From: a bacterium
Lineage (GTDB): Bacteria > Electryoneota > Electryoneia > Electryoneales > Electryoneaceae
Assembly (NCBI GenBank): GCA_963675295.2
Contig: CAXXKJ010000002.1
Span: 1,600,001 to 1,664,000, forward strand
DNA: 64,000 nucleotides
Direction: 5' to 3'
The notes under the pieces were generated by a model. That model ran no database searches. It was not told the DNA's origin and saw nothing but the letters and a program-made list of their open reading frames with translations. This document shows, one piece after another, positions 10,348 to 21,900 of this stretch (its first letter is position 1; every line of letters starts with the position of its first letter). The translations under genes and the position numbers were made by a program.

Positions 10348-11196
10348 ATGAAACGCCCCCCCAAGTTCAGCACACTAATATCCTTCGTCGTACTGATCCT
10401 GCTGCTGGCGGGTTGCAGGCAGACGTTCAACAGTGCGAAACAGCAGGCGGCGATTGAGATTGACGGTGACATCCGCGATTGGGATGCGTACCCGCGTCAC
10501 ACCTTCGACGAATACAAGACCTCGGTCAGCCTGGTGAATAATGACACGATGCTCTATGTGCTGGTCCTGCGTAAAAACCTGGATATGTACGTCGCGCAGG
10601 GAGTGAATTTCTGGATTCAGACCGGCGATGATCGGGATGATCTGCTGAATATCCGTTACTACGGCAAGGCCCCGAATTCAGTGGTGATTAATCCCCGGGA
10701 TGTCATCCACGTGTCCACGTACGAACGAGCGTACGATCTCGAAGACAACGAGTCCCGTGTCGAACTCGGCGGAATCTGGGACATGATCCTCTACCAGTCG
10801 CTCAAGGAAAACCGGCCGGCGTTGGTTTCGTCATCTGGCAGTGATGGTCCGCGCGCGGTGCAGCGTATGCTGCCGGGCAATGTCCGGGCGTACGAGTTCG
10901 CGTTTCCCCTGAAAAATCACCGCAAGAAGGCCTACGCCCTGCCGCTGCTGCCGGGTGAATCGTTCAAATTCGGCTTCGAGTTTATCTCGCGGTATGCCAT
11001 GGTCTGGGGCACGACCATGTGGCAGCACCGGGGTACGGAACTGGTCCGCACGTATTACATGACGAACACGCCGACAACGGCGGATGTCTACGTCCAGCAC
11101 GATCCACTCTGGGTAACGGTAACGCTTCACCAGGACGCGATTTCATACCGGGAAAGCCTAACTGGACAGCTGGCCCATCTCAGCACGAGCAACTGA
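10348..11196 (+). CDS. Hypothetical lipoprotein
   Basis: Lipobox LLAGC after a hydrophobic stretch; IDGDIRDW motif as in DOMON/CBM9-like folds. Confidence 0.7.
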   Translation: MKRPPKFSTLISFVVLILLLAGCRQTFNSAKQQAAIEIDGDIRDWDAYPRHTFDEYKTSVSLVNNDTMLYVLVLRKNLDMYVAQGVNFWIQTGDDRDDLLNIRYYGKAPNSVVINPRDVIHVSTYERAYDLEDNESRVELGGIWDMILYQSLKENRPALVSSSGSDGPRAVQRMLPGNVRAYEFAFPLKNHRKKAYALPLLPGESFKFGFEFISRYAMVWGTTMWQHRGTELVRTYYMTNTPTTADVYVQHDPLWVTVTLHQDAISYRESLTGQLAHLSTSN

Positions 11197-11341
11197 CCGG
11201 ACAACCCGTTGAGGCACGAACAAACGCACGCGGTAACCTCTGTCCCATCGACCCGTCTTATGATTGGCACGTGCGGCGTGTGACGGTAAAAGCTTCCCCG
11301 GATCAACAGCTGTAAGTAACAGGTACTGGCAGGAACAGCCT

Positions 11342-11824
11342 ATGCCCGGCACCATTTCCCCGACAATCGCTATCATCTGGCTGCTGGTGACGTTTGCGAT
11401 CCAGACAGCGCTGGACGCGTATTTCACTCGCGGTCTGTTGCCGCCGATGGCGCTGGCGGAGCGGGTGAAGGCGTGGGCGGCGGTGAACGCCGGGGTGTTG
11501 GTGGTGCTGGTGCTGATTGTGCGGTTAAGCATGGTCCCACAGGACGCGTTCCTGATGTGGACGCGTGACCAGGGTGTGATGTCGCTGGGCGTGCTCGGGG
11601 TGATCGTGATGTACTTCCTCTGGTCGCTGCCATTCGTGCTCGGACGTGGCTACCTGATGCTGCGTTGGCGCGGGGAGGAGATGAGTGAGGAAAAGCGTCA
11701 CGATTACTGGGGGTATGTCTGGATCGGGTCGGTGGTGACGGTGTTCTTCAACGGGTTCCTATATGTCGCGTACATGATCGTGGTGCCGTTGATGACCGGT
11801 GTGGACGACACGTTCGCGGGGTGA
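11342..11824 (+). CDS. Hypothetical membrane protein (about 4 TM helices)
   Basis: Four hydrophobic segments, host-like codon usage, AGGA RBS before ATG 11342. Confidence 0.7.
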   Translation: MPGTISPTIAIIWLLVTFAIQTALDAYFTRGLLPPMALAERVKAWAAVNAGVLVVLVLIVRLSMVPQDAFLMWTRDQGVMSLGVLGVIVMYFLWSLPFVLGRGYLMLRWRGEEMSEEKRHDYWGYVWIGSVVTVFFNGFLYVAYMIVVPLMTGVDDTFAG

Positions 11825-11969
11825 ACGGCGAGAAAGTCTACAACAATGATACTCGACATAGCGATGGATCCGTATCGGGCAATAATAGTTCACTAGTTAA
11901 TGATATTGGCTGTTTTTCTTATAATTTAAATATATATAATGACTAAAATTCAACTATATGATATAAATA

Positions 11970-12410
11970 CTAAACATCCTCAACATCAGGTAAAGATCCA
12001 TGCGGCTTGTAAAAATAATCCTTGCACAATTCTCTATCTATAAATACAATATTGCAATCTTTAAGAGATATTCTTTTATAATCCTCTTTCTTTTCAACTA
12101 CTAACATTTTTTCATCAGTACTACAAGCTACTGATTTATATAAATGCAAGCCTTTTGTTTTAGAACGGCCAATATTGAACGAGAGACATTTTTTGCTTTC
12201 TAGTACTTGTAAACTCCTGAGCCATTGCAATAGTCCACCAGCATCATCATCATTAAGCAGTAATTTATACCTATCCAATATTAAATGATGACTATCAATA
12301 CATAAATAATACTCCTCATCAGCAAGAAATAACCCGAGAACACCGTATAATAGATAATTATCAACCTGTGCCCTCTTGACAAGGTTTTCACACACGGTAA
12401 ACTTGGGCAT
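11970..12410 (-). CDS. AT-rich hypothetical 146-aa protein coupled to the ABC ATPase
   Basis: ATG lies 1 nt after the ATPase stop; 146 stop-free codons in very AT-rich DNA. Confidence 0.75.
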   Translation of the reverse strand: MPKFTVCENLVKRAQVDNYLLYGVLGLFLADEEYYLCIDSHHLILDRYKLLLNDDDAGGLLQWLRSLQVLESKKCLSFNIGRSKTKGLHLYKSVACSTDEKMLVVEKKEDYKRISLKDCNIVFIDRELCKDYFYKPHGSLPDVEDV

Positions 12411-12411
12411 T

Positions 12412-14067
12412 TCAGTCCTCTTTATGTGTTAATGCTGCTCTTAACTTGCTTATTTTTAGTGTATCTCTTACGGTGTCTTCCAAAAGATTTTTAGGCCAAT
12501 TAAAATCAGCGTAATTGCTAATTTTTTGCCGCTCAACTCTAGTTCCTTTATCAGTATCATAAAACAAATATACTGCGACATTATCAATATCAATAATACC
12601 CTCTAACATTCTCAATTGTAACCTTCGCAAAAAATACTCACTATGTGTTTCGATAACAAATTGCTTCAAGACTGTTCCTTTGTGACTGTCACGCATCATA
12701 TCAAGAAAAATATCTACGCTCATTGCTTGGAAATCAGGATGCAGGTGCAATTCGGGTTGTTCAACTATATGTATGGTGTTAGTCTCAGAGGCATATCCCG
12801 AGATCATTATTGGCAGGAATTGACTTACACCAATACCAATATCTGTTAAATCTAACTTAACATACTTATTATTATGCCTGTTAGCTTCAATTCTATCGAT
12901 TCCTTCATCTAAACTACTCACTTCAATGTTTGTTCCTAATCTAGATAACCAACCATTTATTTTATTTGACACATCTTTATCATTTTTTAAAATATCTATC
13001 TGATTGGAAAGAAAATAACTAATGCGTGGGTCGTTATTGTCTGAAAAGAAATATCTACGCGGTATCTCTCGTAATGGACCTATATACGATATCTGATTAG
13101 GGTCTAAATTTTTTCTGCATTTATCTACTATTCTTGATATTACATTAAGAATAATATCAGAAATCATTGTATCGTTTTCGCTGGACCATGGGCTTGTCTT
13201 TACACAGTTAAAGATATTAGCGGATTGATCTAGACTATTTGCTGTGTGTTTTATAAGATTCTTCGATAGAATATTAGAATCCCATATATCACTCTCAATC
13301 TTTAAAGATATAGCTTTACTGTCATTAATTTCTACTTTTAGAAATTTAGTTTTACCGTTGTACATAGTAATTGCAGATATATGCAATGATTCATCGCTTA
13401 AGAGCTGTAATCTGTATTCTATTGTAAATATAGAGGATTTTAAGCTTGATAGAGCACGTAAAAAAGAATAAGAGCACTCATAGTCCTCTTTAGATTTTAA
13501 ATTTTGCAATCGTCTGTATGTATGAATGGCTTTAGATGAATCAGCAGACTCCTTAGTCGATATAGCATTAAGCTCATTTCTTAAAAGATCTATAATGCTC
13601 ATTAACTCCTTTGCATTTAGTTCTCTAGAACTTTCAATAGTATTTAAACGTTTAACAATAGATTCAATATCTGTGCTCTCCTTGTAATTGTATATTCTGG
13701 ATATATTAATAGTTATATGGTCGTAAATTTCGGAAATGAAATTATCCATAAACCTGCTTTTTAGTTCACGTAATAATCTATTATCAGTAAAACGAACACA
13801 AAATGAAACAGAATTATCTTTTGATTGCTTTATTAAGTGCTTTCTACGTCCTGCAGAAATAAAAATCCCATTCAAATCGATTGTTTTGCTATATGTACTA
13901 CCGGTTGAGGTATTAAGAGCTGCAATCGTCTGACTAAGAATTAGTGGGAGATGAAGAGCACTACTTTTACCTGCGTTATTTGGCCCTAGAAATATTGTCA
14001 GAGGCTTGAGTTCAATGATACCATCGTCAAAACCTTTATAGTTCTTAAAACCGTATGCAGTAATCAT
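12412..14067 (-). CDS. AAA_21/ABC-type ATPase with DUF3696-like C-terminus
   Basis: FKNYKGF, Walker A GPNNAGKS, YIGPLR, signature DIGIGVSQFLP, Walker B IVEQPELHLHP, IETHSEY, terminal WP motif; AT-rich. Confidence 0.9.
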   Translation of the reverse strand: MITAYGFKNYKGFDDGIIELKPLTIFLGPNNAGKSSALHLPLILSQTIAALNTSTGSTYSKTIDLNGIFISAGRRKHLIKQSKDNSVSFCVRFTDNRLLRELKSRFMDNFISEIYDHITINISRIYNYKESTDIESIVKRLNTIESSRELNAKELMSIIDLLRNELNAISTKESADSSKAIHTYRRLQNLKSKEDYECSYSFLRALSSLKSSIFTIEYRLQLLSDESLHISAITMYNGKTKFLKVEINDSKAISLKIESDIWDSNILSKNLIKHTANSLDQSANIFNCVKTSPWSSENDTMISDIILNVISRIVDKCRKNLDPNQISYIGPLREIPRRYFFSDNNDPRISYFLSNQIDILKNDKDVSNKINGWLSRLGTNIEVSSLDEGIDRIEANRHNNKYVKLDLTDIGIGVSQFLPIMISGYASETNTIHIVEQPELHLHPDFQAMSVDIFLDMMRDSHKGTVLKQFVIETHSEYFLRRLQLRMLEGIIDIDNVAVYLFYDTDKGTRVERQKISNYADFNWPKNLLEDTVRDTLKISKLRAALTHKED

Positions 14068-14077
14068 AATGGTATCC

Positions 14078-14452
14078 TTAAAGTTTAGGTTTTGGTAAAA
14101 TGTCTTTCAATGATGGAATAATACCAATAATAGAATTATGTAGGGAACAGTAGTGTTTAGGTGCAATGTAACCGAATAACAAAAGCATCAAAAAAGAAAA
14201 GAGCAAAAACAGAATTATTGAAAAAATAAAACAATAAGCAGCCCCTAGTGCTAATAAATTATAAAATATATAGAATGGAGCGCCGAAAAAACTAAATATC
14301 GCAAAGCATAATAAAGCAAAAGGCAGTAATAGATTATATTTATTATCATAATTAAAGTCGCGTGACGTACTAGAGCGAGAATCTCGAATTCGTTTCTTCC
14401 TTTCGAGAAGTTCAGCCTTTCTCCTTCTAGGAATATCATGTTGATCAGACAT
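14078..14452 (-). CDS. AT-rich small membrane protein (basic N-terminus, about 2 TM helices)
   Basis: MSDQHDIPRRRKAELLERKKR followed by two long hydrophobic stretches; ATG 6 nt after a consensus -10; ends 10 nt before the ATPase start. Confidence 0.6.
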   Translation of the reverse strand: MSDQHDIPRRRKAELLERKKRIRDSRSSTSRDFNYDNKYNLLLPFALLCFAIFSFFGAPFYIFYNLLALGAAYCFIFSIILFLLFSFLMLLLFGYIAPKHYCSLHNSIIGIIPSLKDILPKPKL

Positions 14453-14458
14453 TTTACA

Positions 14459-14487
14459 AGTATAGCAATACAAAACTATTTTATCAA
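14459..14487 (-). promoter_or_regulatory. Sigma-70 promoter of the AT-rich three-gene operon (leaderless)
   Basis: Minus strand TTGATA, 17 bp, TATACT, 6 nt, ATG. Confidence 0.65.
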
Positions 14488-14527
14488 GAAAGTAAAGAGA
14501 CTTTTCTGTCAGGTTGCTATCAAACAC

Positions 14528-14893
14528 TTAATTTTCTTGATCCTTAGATTTAGGCACCATTTCCTTCCATTGCCGGTCGCGTTCGTGTTTGCGGAACGGC
14601 GCCACCCACGGCACGAAAAAGGCGAGGAACAGGCAGATCAACCCGACAGAATCCAAGCTGTTTATGAGCCAGCCTGGATTCGCGGGATCGAAGAAGAAGA
14701 AGTTGATAATGCGTGCAACACCCGCCGCGACAAACACTCCGCCCGCTCCTCGAAGGAAGCTCGGGTCGGGGTCGGGTGCGTTTCGCCAGATGTAGCCCGC
14801 CCACGAATGCCACGCGAAATCCCAGACCCATTTCGGAACGAGGTTTAGTAGTAGTGGTATCCCGATCAACAGATCGAAAATCGCGTTGAGCAT
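14528..14893 (-). CDS. Hypothetical membrane protein
   Basis: 121 aa with three hydrophobic segments; GGAAGGA RBS; follows the FG-GAP gene by 16 nt. Confidence 0.6.
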   Translation of the reverse strand: MLNAIFDLLIGIPLLLNLVPKWVWDFAWHSWAGYIWRNAPDPDPSFLRGAGGVFVAAGVARIINFFFFDPANPGWLINSLDSVGLICLFLAFFVPWVAPFRKHERDRQWKEMVPKSKDQEN

Positions 14894-14909
14894 CGAGTCC
14901 TTCCGTGGA

Positions 14910-16751
14910 TCAGCGCACGAGCATCACTTTCTGCATCTGTTCGAACTGACCGGGCACAGTTGCGCGGACAAAATACAGCCCACTGGCGAGGTTGTTCGCA
15001 TTAAATGACAGCTCATGCGAGCCCGCGTTGAACTGACTGTTTGCGAGGGTCGCGACCTGCTGGCCGTTGGTGTTGTAGACGGTCACGGTCAGCGGGGCCG
15101 TTTCCGGCAGGCTGACGTTCAGCGTGGTCATCGCGTTGAACGGGTTCGGGTACGCCGCGCTCAGCATGAACTCGCCTGGCAGGGTGCTGCCGGTATCAAC
15201 GGTGGTTTCATCATCGATGGCGGCGAGAATCTTGTCTTCGCCGTCGCTGGCCCACTGGTTCGTCGCACTGTTCGCGGCTTGCGCGGCGACGATGGTGAAC
15301 GGAAAGGAATCCGTACCCAGCGCCATGTTCTGGTTCGGGCCGGCGTTCAGCACCCAGTCGTATTCTCCCGGCGGGGCCATCGCAGGTATCTGCTGCATGA
15401 TGTTGGTAACCGTGATCTGCATGTCCGGCGTGAAGAAGAAATTGACGTAGAACATCGGGCCATAGGTATTGCCATTGGGCAGGATGACCTCGGTCCAGAT
15501 GGTGCCAAAGGTCGGCAGCACGATGTTGTAGTCAATCATCAGGTCGTAGAAGAAGATCCCGCCCTGCGAGACGATGGTCGGATCGAGTTGCGGGGTGATG
15601 TCAACGACAATCGGCGGTTCCGGACGGCTGATCCAGGCCTTGACCATGTCCGAGTTCCGGGCCGCGCCGACGATATCGATGTTGCCGTCGTTGTCGAAAT
15701 CGGCGGCATGTACCGCGCGCGCGTCCGAGAAGGATGCGTCGATGTTCCATTCGATCCACAGCGACCCATCGCCGAGCTCGTTTTCCCACCACGTGACGTC
15801 GTCGCCGTAGCGTGCCGCGCCGATGATGTCGAGGTCGTTGTCGCCGTCCACGTCGGTCGCAAACACGCTGATCGCTTCGTCGAAGAAATCGTTGATCGTG
15901 CGCTGTGTCCAGCTAGTACCGGCGCCGTCGTTGTTCTCCCACCAGGTGATATCGTCGGCGATATAGTCGGCGGCGCTGGCGATGTCGATGTCGCCGTCAC
16001 CGTCCATATCGCCGGGGGAGAGACTGGACGCGTAGTCGAAGTCGAGGTTGACGTTGTGCGTGGTCCAGTTGAGGCCGTCGCCGTCGACGTTTTCCAGCCA
16101 GATGATGCCTCCCGCAGAGGCGACGATGTCGATATCGCCGTCATTGTCCATGTCGAATGCTTCCGCGACACGGGCGCCGTTGATGCTGAGCACCGGGGTT
16201 TCGGTGAACAGAGAACCGTCCCCGTTGACATTTTCCCACCACGTGATCTGGTCGGCGCTGGATGCGACGCCGAGGATATCCATGTCGCCGTCCCCGTCCA
16301 TGTCGGCCGCGCGAACACAGTTGGCGCCGTCAAAGGTGTCGGTCAGGGTGTTCAGCGTCCAGGTGAGGCCGTCCCCGTTGACATTTTCCCACCACGTGAT
16401 GTTGTCGTAGGAATAGGATGACGCGAGGGCGTCCATATCGCCGTCGCCGTCGAGGTCGGCGGCGAACACACACTGGCCACTGGGGAAGGTGCCGTCAATG
16501 GTTTGCAGCGCCCAGGTGGCGCCGTCACCGTTCACGTTTTCGAACCAGCCGACCACGCCGGAGAAGGAGGCGACGCTGAGCACATCGTTGTCGCCGTCAC
16601 CGTCAAAGTCAGCCGCGTAGACGTCCTGCGCGCCGTCGAAGGTGTTGCTGATTCCACGCTGGATCCAGTTGATGTCGGCATACGCGGCTTGCGTACCGAT
16701 GGCCAGGATTGCGATCAGACTCAGCCAGACAAAGGTTTTGGAACTGCGCAT
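14910..16751 (-). CDS. Secreted FG-GAP/VCBS repeat beta-propeller protein with shared beta-rich domain and T9SS-like CTD
   Basis: Signal peptide; 7 repeats of AADxDGDGDxD...WWENxxGDG; SQGGIFFY...YGP...APPGEY domain; AYPNPFN...LASGLYFV...KVMLVR. Confidence 0.9.
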   Translation of the reverse strand: MRSSKTFVWLSLIAILAIGTQAAYADINWIQRGISNTFDGAQDVYAADFDGDGDNDVLSVASFSGVVGWFENVNGDGATWALQTIDGTFPSGQCVFAADLDGDGDMDALASSYSYDNITWWENVNGDGLTWTLNTLTDTFDGANCVRAADMDGDGDMDILGVASSADQITWWENVNGDGSLFTETPVLSINGARVAEAFDMDNDGDIDIVASAGGIIWLENVDGDGLNWTTHNVNLDFDYASSLSPGDMDGDGDIDIASAADYIADDITWWENNDGAGTSWTQRTINDFFDEAISVFATDVDGDNDLDIIGAARYGDDVTWWENELGDGSLWIEWNIDASFSDARAVHAADFDNDGNIDIVGAARNSDMVKAWISRPEPPIVVDITPQLDPTIVSQGGIFFYDLMIDYNIVLPTFGTIWTEVILPNGNTYGPMFYVNFFFTPDMQITVTNIMQQIPAMAPPGEYDWVLNAGPNQNMALGTDSFPFTIVAAQAANSATNQWASDGEDKILAAIDDETTVDTGSTLPGEFMLSAAYPNPFNAMTTLNVSLPETAPLTVTVYNTNGQQVATLANSQFNAGSHELSFNANNLASGLYFVRATVPGQFEQMQKVMLVR

Positions 16752-16955
16752 AAAGCCCCCAACGGGTTGCTGTTTGTACCGTCTATCCCCACACACCAAA
16801 CCCGGTCCGGCGCGGTAGCGTCGGGATAGCCGGGTTGCATTTTCAGGGTTTTGTCAGAATGATGGGTTGAAGTAAAAGGGAGAAAATCCAAAAAAACTCT
16901 GACAACCGAAAAAATGGGAGAGATAGGAGGCCTTAACAGAGCCGGTGTAAATCGC

Positions 16956-18374
16956 TTAACTGGCCGCACTCACCGTCAGATCCGGCGGGAAGAGCTTGTA
17001 CGGGTTGAACAGTCCGTCCGGGTCGAACGCCTGCTTGAGGCGGAGGAACAGTTCGAGCTCGGCGGCGTCATATTGGATGCGCATGTAGCGGTTTTTCGCG
17101 GCGCCGATGCCGTGCTCGCCGGAGATGGTGCCGCCCAGTTCGACAACGGCCTTGAAGCATTCGACGATGGCGTCATGCGCGATGCGTTCCTGCTTCATGT
17201 CATCCTTGTCGTACATCGAATTGAGGTGCAGGTTGCCGTCGCCGGCGTGACCGTACACCGGGATCACGATGCCGGTACGTTCGCTGATCTCACGCACACG
17301 TCGTAACAGTTCACCCTGACTGCCGAGGGGGACGACGACGTCCTCGTTCATCTTCCCGCTGGCGATTCGGCTCAGGCTCGGGCTGATCAGGCGGCGCAGT
17401 TGCCACAGGCGCTCGCGTTCGGCAGCGTTGGCGGCGGTGTGCATCTCCAGCGCGCCGTACTGATCGAGGATCTCGAGCACGCGTTCCATCTCGGCGTCGG
17501 CGTTGTCGGTCGGGCCGTCGGTTTCGACGATCAGCGACGCCATCGTGCCCTCTGGGAACGGGTACGGATCGTGCTGGCGGATGGCGTCGATCACGGCGTC
17601 ATCCATGAACTCAACGACGGACGGCAGCAGCTCGGGCAGGATCGATTGAATCGCGGCGATCGCCTGTTGCGGATCGGGGTAGTGGGCGATGACAGTGCGA
17701 GTCGCCTTGGGTTCGGGGACAACCGCCAGCCGTGCCTCAACGATGATCCCAAACAGTCCTTCCGATCCGACGAGCAGCGGTGTCAGGTCGAGAGGGTTGC
17801 TTTCCTCGCCGGCCAGCGCGCCGGTGCTGATCAGTTCGCCGAACGCGTTGACGTAGCGCAGGCCGAGCACGTACTCCTTGGTCGTGCCGTACTTGACGCA
17901 ACGCAGCCCACCGGCGTTTTCCGCGATGTTTCCGCCGATGCTGCTGATCTTGAAGCTGGAAGGATCGGGCGGATAGAGGAAGCGGTGCCGCGCGACAGCG
18001 TCCTTGACCTCCGCCGTGGTCAGGCCCATCTCGCACTGGATCCACCGGCCGGTGGTGTTGACCTCACGGACGAGCTTCATCTTTTCGGTGCAGATGACCA
18101 TTCCGCCGCCAATCGGCACCGATCCCGCGCTCATGCCGGTCCCCGCGCCACGGGGGACGATCTTCATCCCGGACGCTCGTGCGAAGCGTACGGCTTCCTG
18201 CACATCCTCCGGCGTTTCCGCCATGATCACCACGTTCGGATCGTGGTTGCCGGGCGGAGCGGTATAGGACGCGTCCACGGCGTACGTGACCAGATCGTCC
18301 TGCTGGTCGAGGACTTTGTGTTGGCCGATACGCTTCTTGAGTTTGCGGTATGGGTCGCGTGATCCAAAAAACAT
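16956..18374 (-). CDS. FAD-linked oxidase, GlcD/D-lactate dehydrogenase family
   Basis: PRGAGTG, YPPDPSS, SIGGNIAENAGG, GSEGLFGII, GHAGDGNLH, ISGEHGIG, FDPDGLFNP. Confidence 0.92.
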   Translation of the reverse strand: MFFGSRDPYRKLKKRIGQHKVLDQQDDLVTYAVDASYTAPPGNHDPNVVIMAETPEDVQEAVRFARASGMKIVPRGAGTGMSAGSVPIGGGMVICTEKMKLVREVNTTGRWIQCEMGLTTAEVKDAVARHRFLYPPDPSSFKISSIGGNIAENAGGLRCVKYGTTKEYVLGLRYVNAFGELISTGALAGEESNPLDLTPLLVGSEGLFGIIVEARLAVVPEPKATRTVIAHYPDPQQAIAAIQSILPELLPSVVEFMDDAVIDAIRQHDPYPFPEGTMASLIVETDGPTDNADAEMERVLEILDQYGALEMHTAANAAERERLWQLRRLISPSLSRIASGKMNEDVVVPLGSQGELLRRVREISERTGIVIPVYGHAGDGNLHLNSMYDKDDMKQERIAHDAIVECFKAVVELGGTISGEHGIGAAKNRYMRIQYDAAELELFLRLKQAFDPDGLFNPYKLFPPDLTVSAAS

Positions 18375-18919
18375 GAGCCGTCGCGTTGTTACATGGTCGA
18401 TGCACGAATATACAGGCTGACGTGATCAAATGTGACCCGTGATCCTGTGGGCTTCCTCGACTCAGCAGCCTGGGCTGGGGTAGGATTGTCACCGCATCGA
18501 CAGAATAGTACAAGTTGTATAGAATCAATCAAATTTTAATATTTTTATATCCGGGAACGGCATTACTAAAGAACGTTGACGCTCAATAGTAGTGAATTTC
18601 GTAAATACTGCTAGCGCTACTCAGTTTCTGCATCTATATTGTAGGTGATTTCGTAGCGCCTTGGCAATGTATGTTGTGTATATGTCGGTCTCAGCTGCTG
18701 TGCAGTTCCTCGAGTGGACGCCATTGTGCCACTGATTCGGGTCCATCCTTCAACCGACCACGGTCACATCTAAGATGTAGCTACGCGTTTAGCAGCAGGT
18801 TTTACAAGTATTGGATACATGTCTGATTCGGACAAAAGTCACCAGACTGGAGATCAACGGAGCAATAAGAATGAATTGGCTGTCAAGGTTGGTATTGCCT
18901 GCCATGAGAGGTGTGTGAG

Positions 18920-21900
18920 ATGAGTGCAAATGGAGTGTCGAACGAAGAGAAAAAAAGCAGCTACCTGATCCTTTTTGTTGCGATCAGTATTGTTGTCCTT
19001 GTTGCTGGCTATTTCACCTACGATCATCAGCTCAATCAACTGTACGATGAGCGCTATGGCGACCTCAAGGTCATCGGCGAACTGAAAGTCGATCAGATCA
19101 AGAAATGGAGATCTGAACGTCTGGGCGACGCTCGCTTGACTGCTGAAAGCCCGTTGTTCCGCGAGGCCGTTATCGAATGGATACAGAATCCAGAGGACTT
19201 TGATAAACGCAGCGAGTTGCGGCAACGGTTGACGTTGGTGAAGGATTCCTACCAATACGATGATGCCTTGATTCTGACCCCGGATGGACGTGTTTTGTTG
19301 TCGGCGTTGCAGGATCCAGATCCTGTTGACGATGAGACAAACAAAAGCATTGCCTTGGCCATTGAAACTGGCAGCCCTGTTATCTCCCAACTCTACATCT
19401 GTCCGCACAACGCTGTTCACGCTGATGTCCTTGCTCCAATCGTGAATGATGATAACCAGACGGTCGCCGTCATCTCACTCCATAGCAACGCCGAAGAATT
19501 TCTCTACCCCTTGATTCAGAACTGGCCAACCTCCAGCAAGACTGCGGAGACCCTGTTGATCCGGCGTGATGGTGACGAAGTCCTGTTCCTCAATGGATTG
19601 CGTCATCAACCCGAGGCGGGGTTGATGCTGCGGATTCCGATAACGCAGACGAGTCTTCCTGCTGTTGCCGCTGTAGAGGGTCACGAGGGGATGTTTATTG
19701 GCGAAGACTATCGAGACGAGGAAGTAGTAGCGGATTTGCGGGCAATTCCTGGATCTGACTGGTTCATTGTCTCGAAATGGGATACAGCGGAAATCCGCGC
19801 GGAGGTGGCTGACCGCGTGCTGCTGCAAGTTCTTGTCATGATTTTGCTGATTTCGATTTCAGGAGCAGGGTTCCTCGTGATCTACCGTCAGCAACAAGCG
19901 TCTGTCTACCAGCAACTCCTGCTTGCTGAACGCTCAAATGCAGAAGCGTTGAGCAAGTTTGAAGCGACCTTGACCAGCATCGGTGATGGTGTAATTGTAA
20001 CAGATGCCCATGGAGCGGTGACCTTCCTCAATCCCGTGGCGGAACAACTGACTGGCTTCGAGTTGTCCGAGGCTACCGGGCGCAGCATAGGAGAGGTGCT
20101 TCAAATAATCAACGAGTTTACTCGTGATCCTGTTGAGAGCCCGGCTGAGATTGTTATCAGAGAAGGCAGGGTTGTTGGTTTAGCCAACCACTCGCTGCTG
20201 GTCTCGAAAGACGGCAGAGAACTCCCAATCGCGGATAGCGGAGCACCGATACTTGATTCAAAAGGTGACGTTGTCGGTGTTGTGATGGTATTCCGCGACC
20301 AATCTGAATCTCGTGCAGCAGAGCAGGCCTTGAAGGAGAGTGAACGACAGTTACGCACTCTGTTCGAAACCGCTCCGGTCGGCATCTTTGAAACGGATTC
20401 AGAAGGTCGAGTCCGGAGCGTTAACCGCGAAATGGCCTCGATCCTGGGGTTTACATCCATCGAGGACGTTTACGATTACTACAGCGACCTTGGTAAACAG
20501 CTTTACGTCTCCGAGGAGCGACGTACCCAGTTTATAGACATTCTGAAACAATATGGAAGTGTAGTCGATTTCGAGTATGAGGCAGTCAAGCATGATGGTA
20601 CTCGAACCTGGCTCAGCATGAACGCCCGCATCTCGAAAAAGAATGAGGATGGCACGTTCCTGATCCAGGGGTTTACGACCGACATCACTTCCCGGATCAA
20701 GATGCGCGACGCCCTGTTTGAATCGGAAGCGCTGCTGCGCAACGTGCTGAACACCATCCCCGACCTGGTCTGGTTGAAGGATGTGGACGGGGTCTATCTC
20801 GCCTGCAACCCCACCTTTGAACGTTTCTTCGGTGCGACGGAATCGGAGATCCGGGGGAAAACGGACTACGACTTCGTCGAGAAGGAACTTGCTGATTTCT
20901 TCCGGGAAAACGACAATAACGCCATCGCGGCTGGTGAGCCGACCTTGAACGAAGAGACGCTGACCTTCACGGACACGGGCGAGTCCTATCTCTTTGAGAC
21001 CGTGAAAACACCGATGACAAACCGCAATGGTGATGTGCTTGGTGTGCTCGGGATCGCGCGAAATGTCAGCGAACGGCAAGAGGCGATTGAGGCGTTGCGA
21101 GCGAGCGAAAATCGTCTCCACCGGGCGTTTGAGAACATCCCGGACGTGCTGGTGATTTACGGGCCGGACCTCCGGATCCGATATATCAACGAATCGATTG
21201 TGCGCTTGACCGGCAGAGCGCAGGAAGAGTTCATCGGAAAACGTGAAGAAGAAGTCTGGCCGCCGGGGGTGTATCAGCACTACCTCCCGACCATGGAAAA
21301 GGCTGTTGAAACCTGCGCACAGCAGACTGTTGAATCAACTGTGGACATTCCGGGGAGGGGAACTAGCCAGTTTTCCTCGACCTATATACCGATACTGAAT
21401 GATACTGGCGAAATTCAAGAAGTGCTTGGCATCACCCAGGACCTGACTGAATCGCGCAGGGCTGAGCAGGCATTGCGTGAAAGCGAAGAGTTGTACCGCA
21501 ACTTGATGGAAGCTGCACCCATTGGCGTCGCGGTTCATTCGGAAGGCAAGGTTGTGTTCGTCAACAAGGCCGGCCTGAAGATCATGCGGGCGGAGTCTGA
21601 AGACGAAATCATAGGCAAGTCGATCACCGAGATCGTGTATCCGACCCATCTCGATGAAGCACTCGACCGAGTAAGGCGGATGATGGAAGGGGAAGAGGGA
21701 TTGTATCCGGTACAGGATATGTACCGGCGGATGGATGGATCTCCGGTCCCGGTCGAGGTGATGGCGTCACGTCTGAACTACAAGGGCAAGCCGGCGATTC
21801 AGGTGCTTGCCTCGGACATCACCGACCGCAAGGCGGCTGAGGCGGAACGTGAACTGCTGGTAACTGCGATTAATCAGTCGGCCGAATCCATCGTCATCAC

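Noticed and set aside
16851-16905. TTGTCAGA...TCTGACAA inverted repeat upstream of the FG-GAP gene
   Set aside because: Only 8 bp with a 39-bp spacer and not seen upstream of other CTD genes; could be chance.
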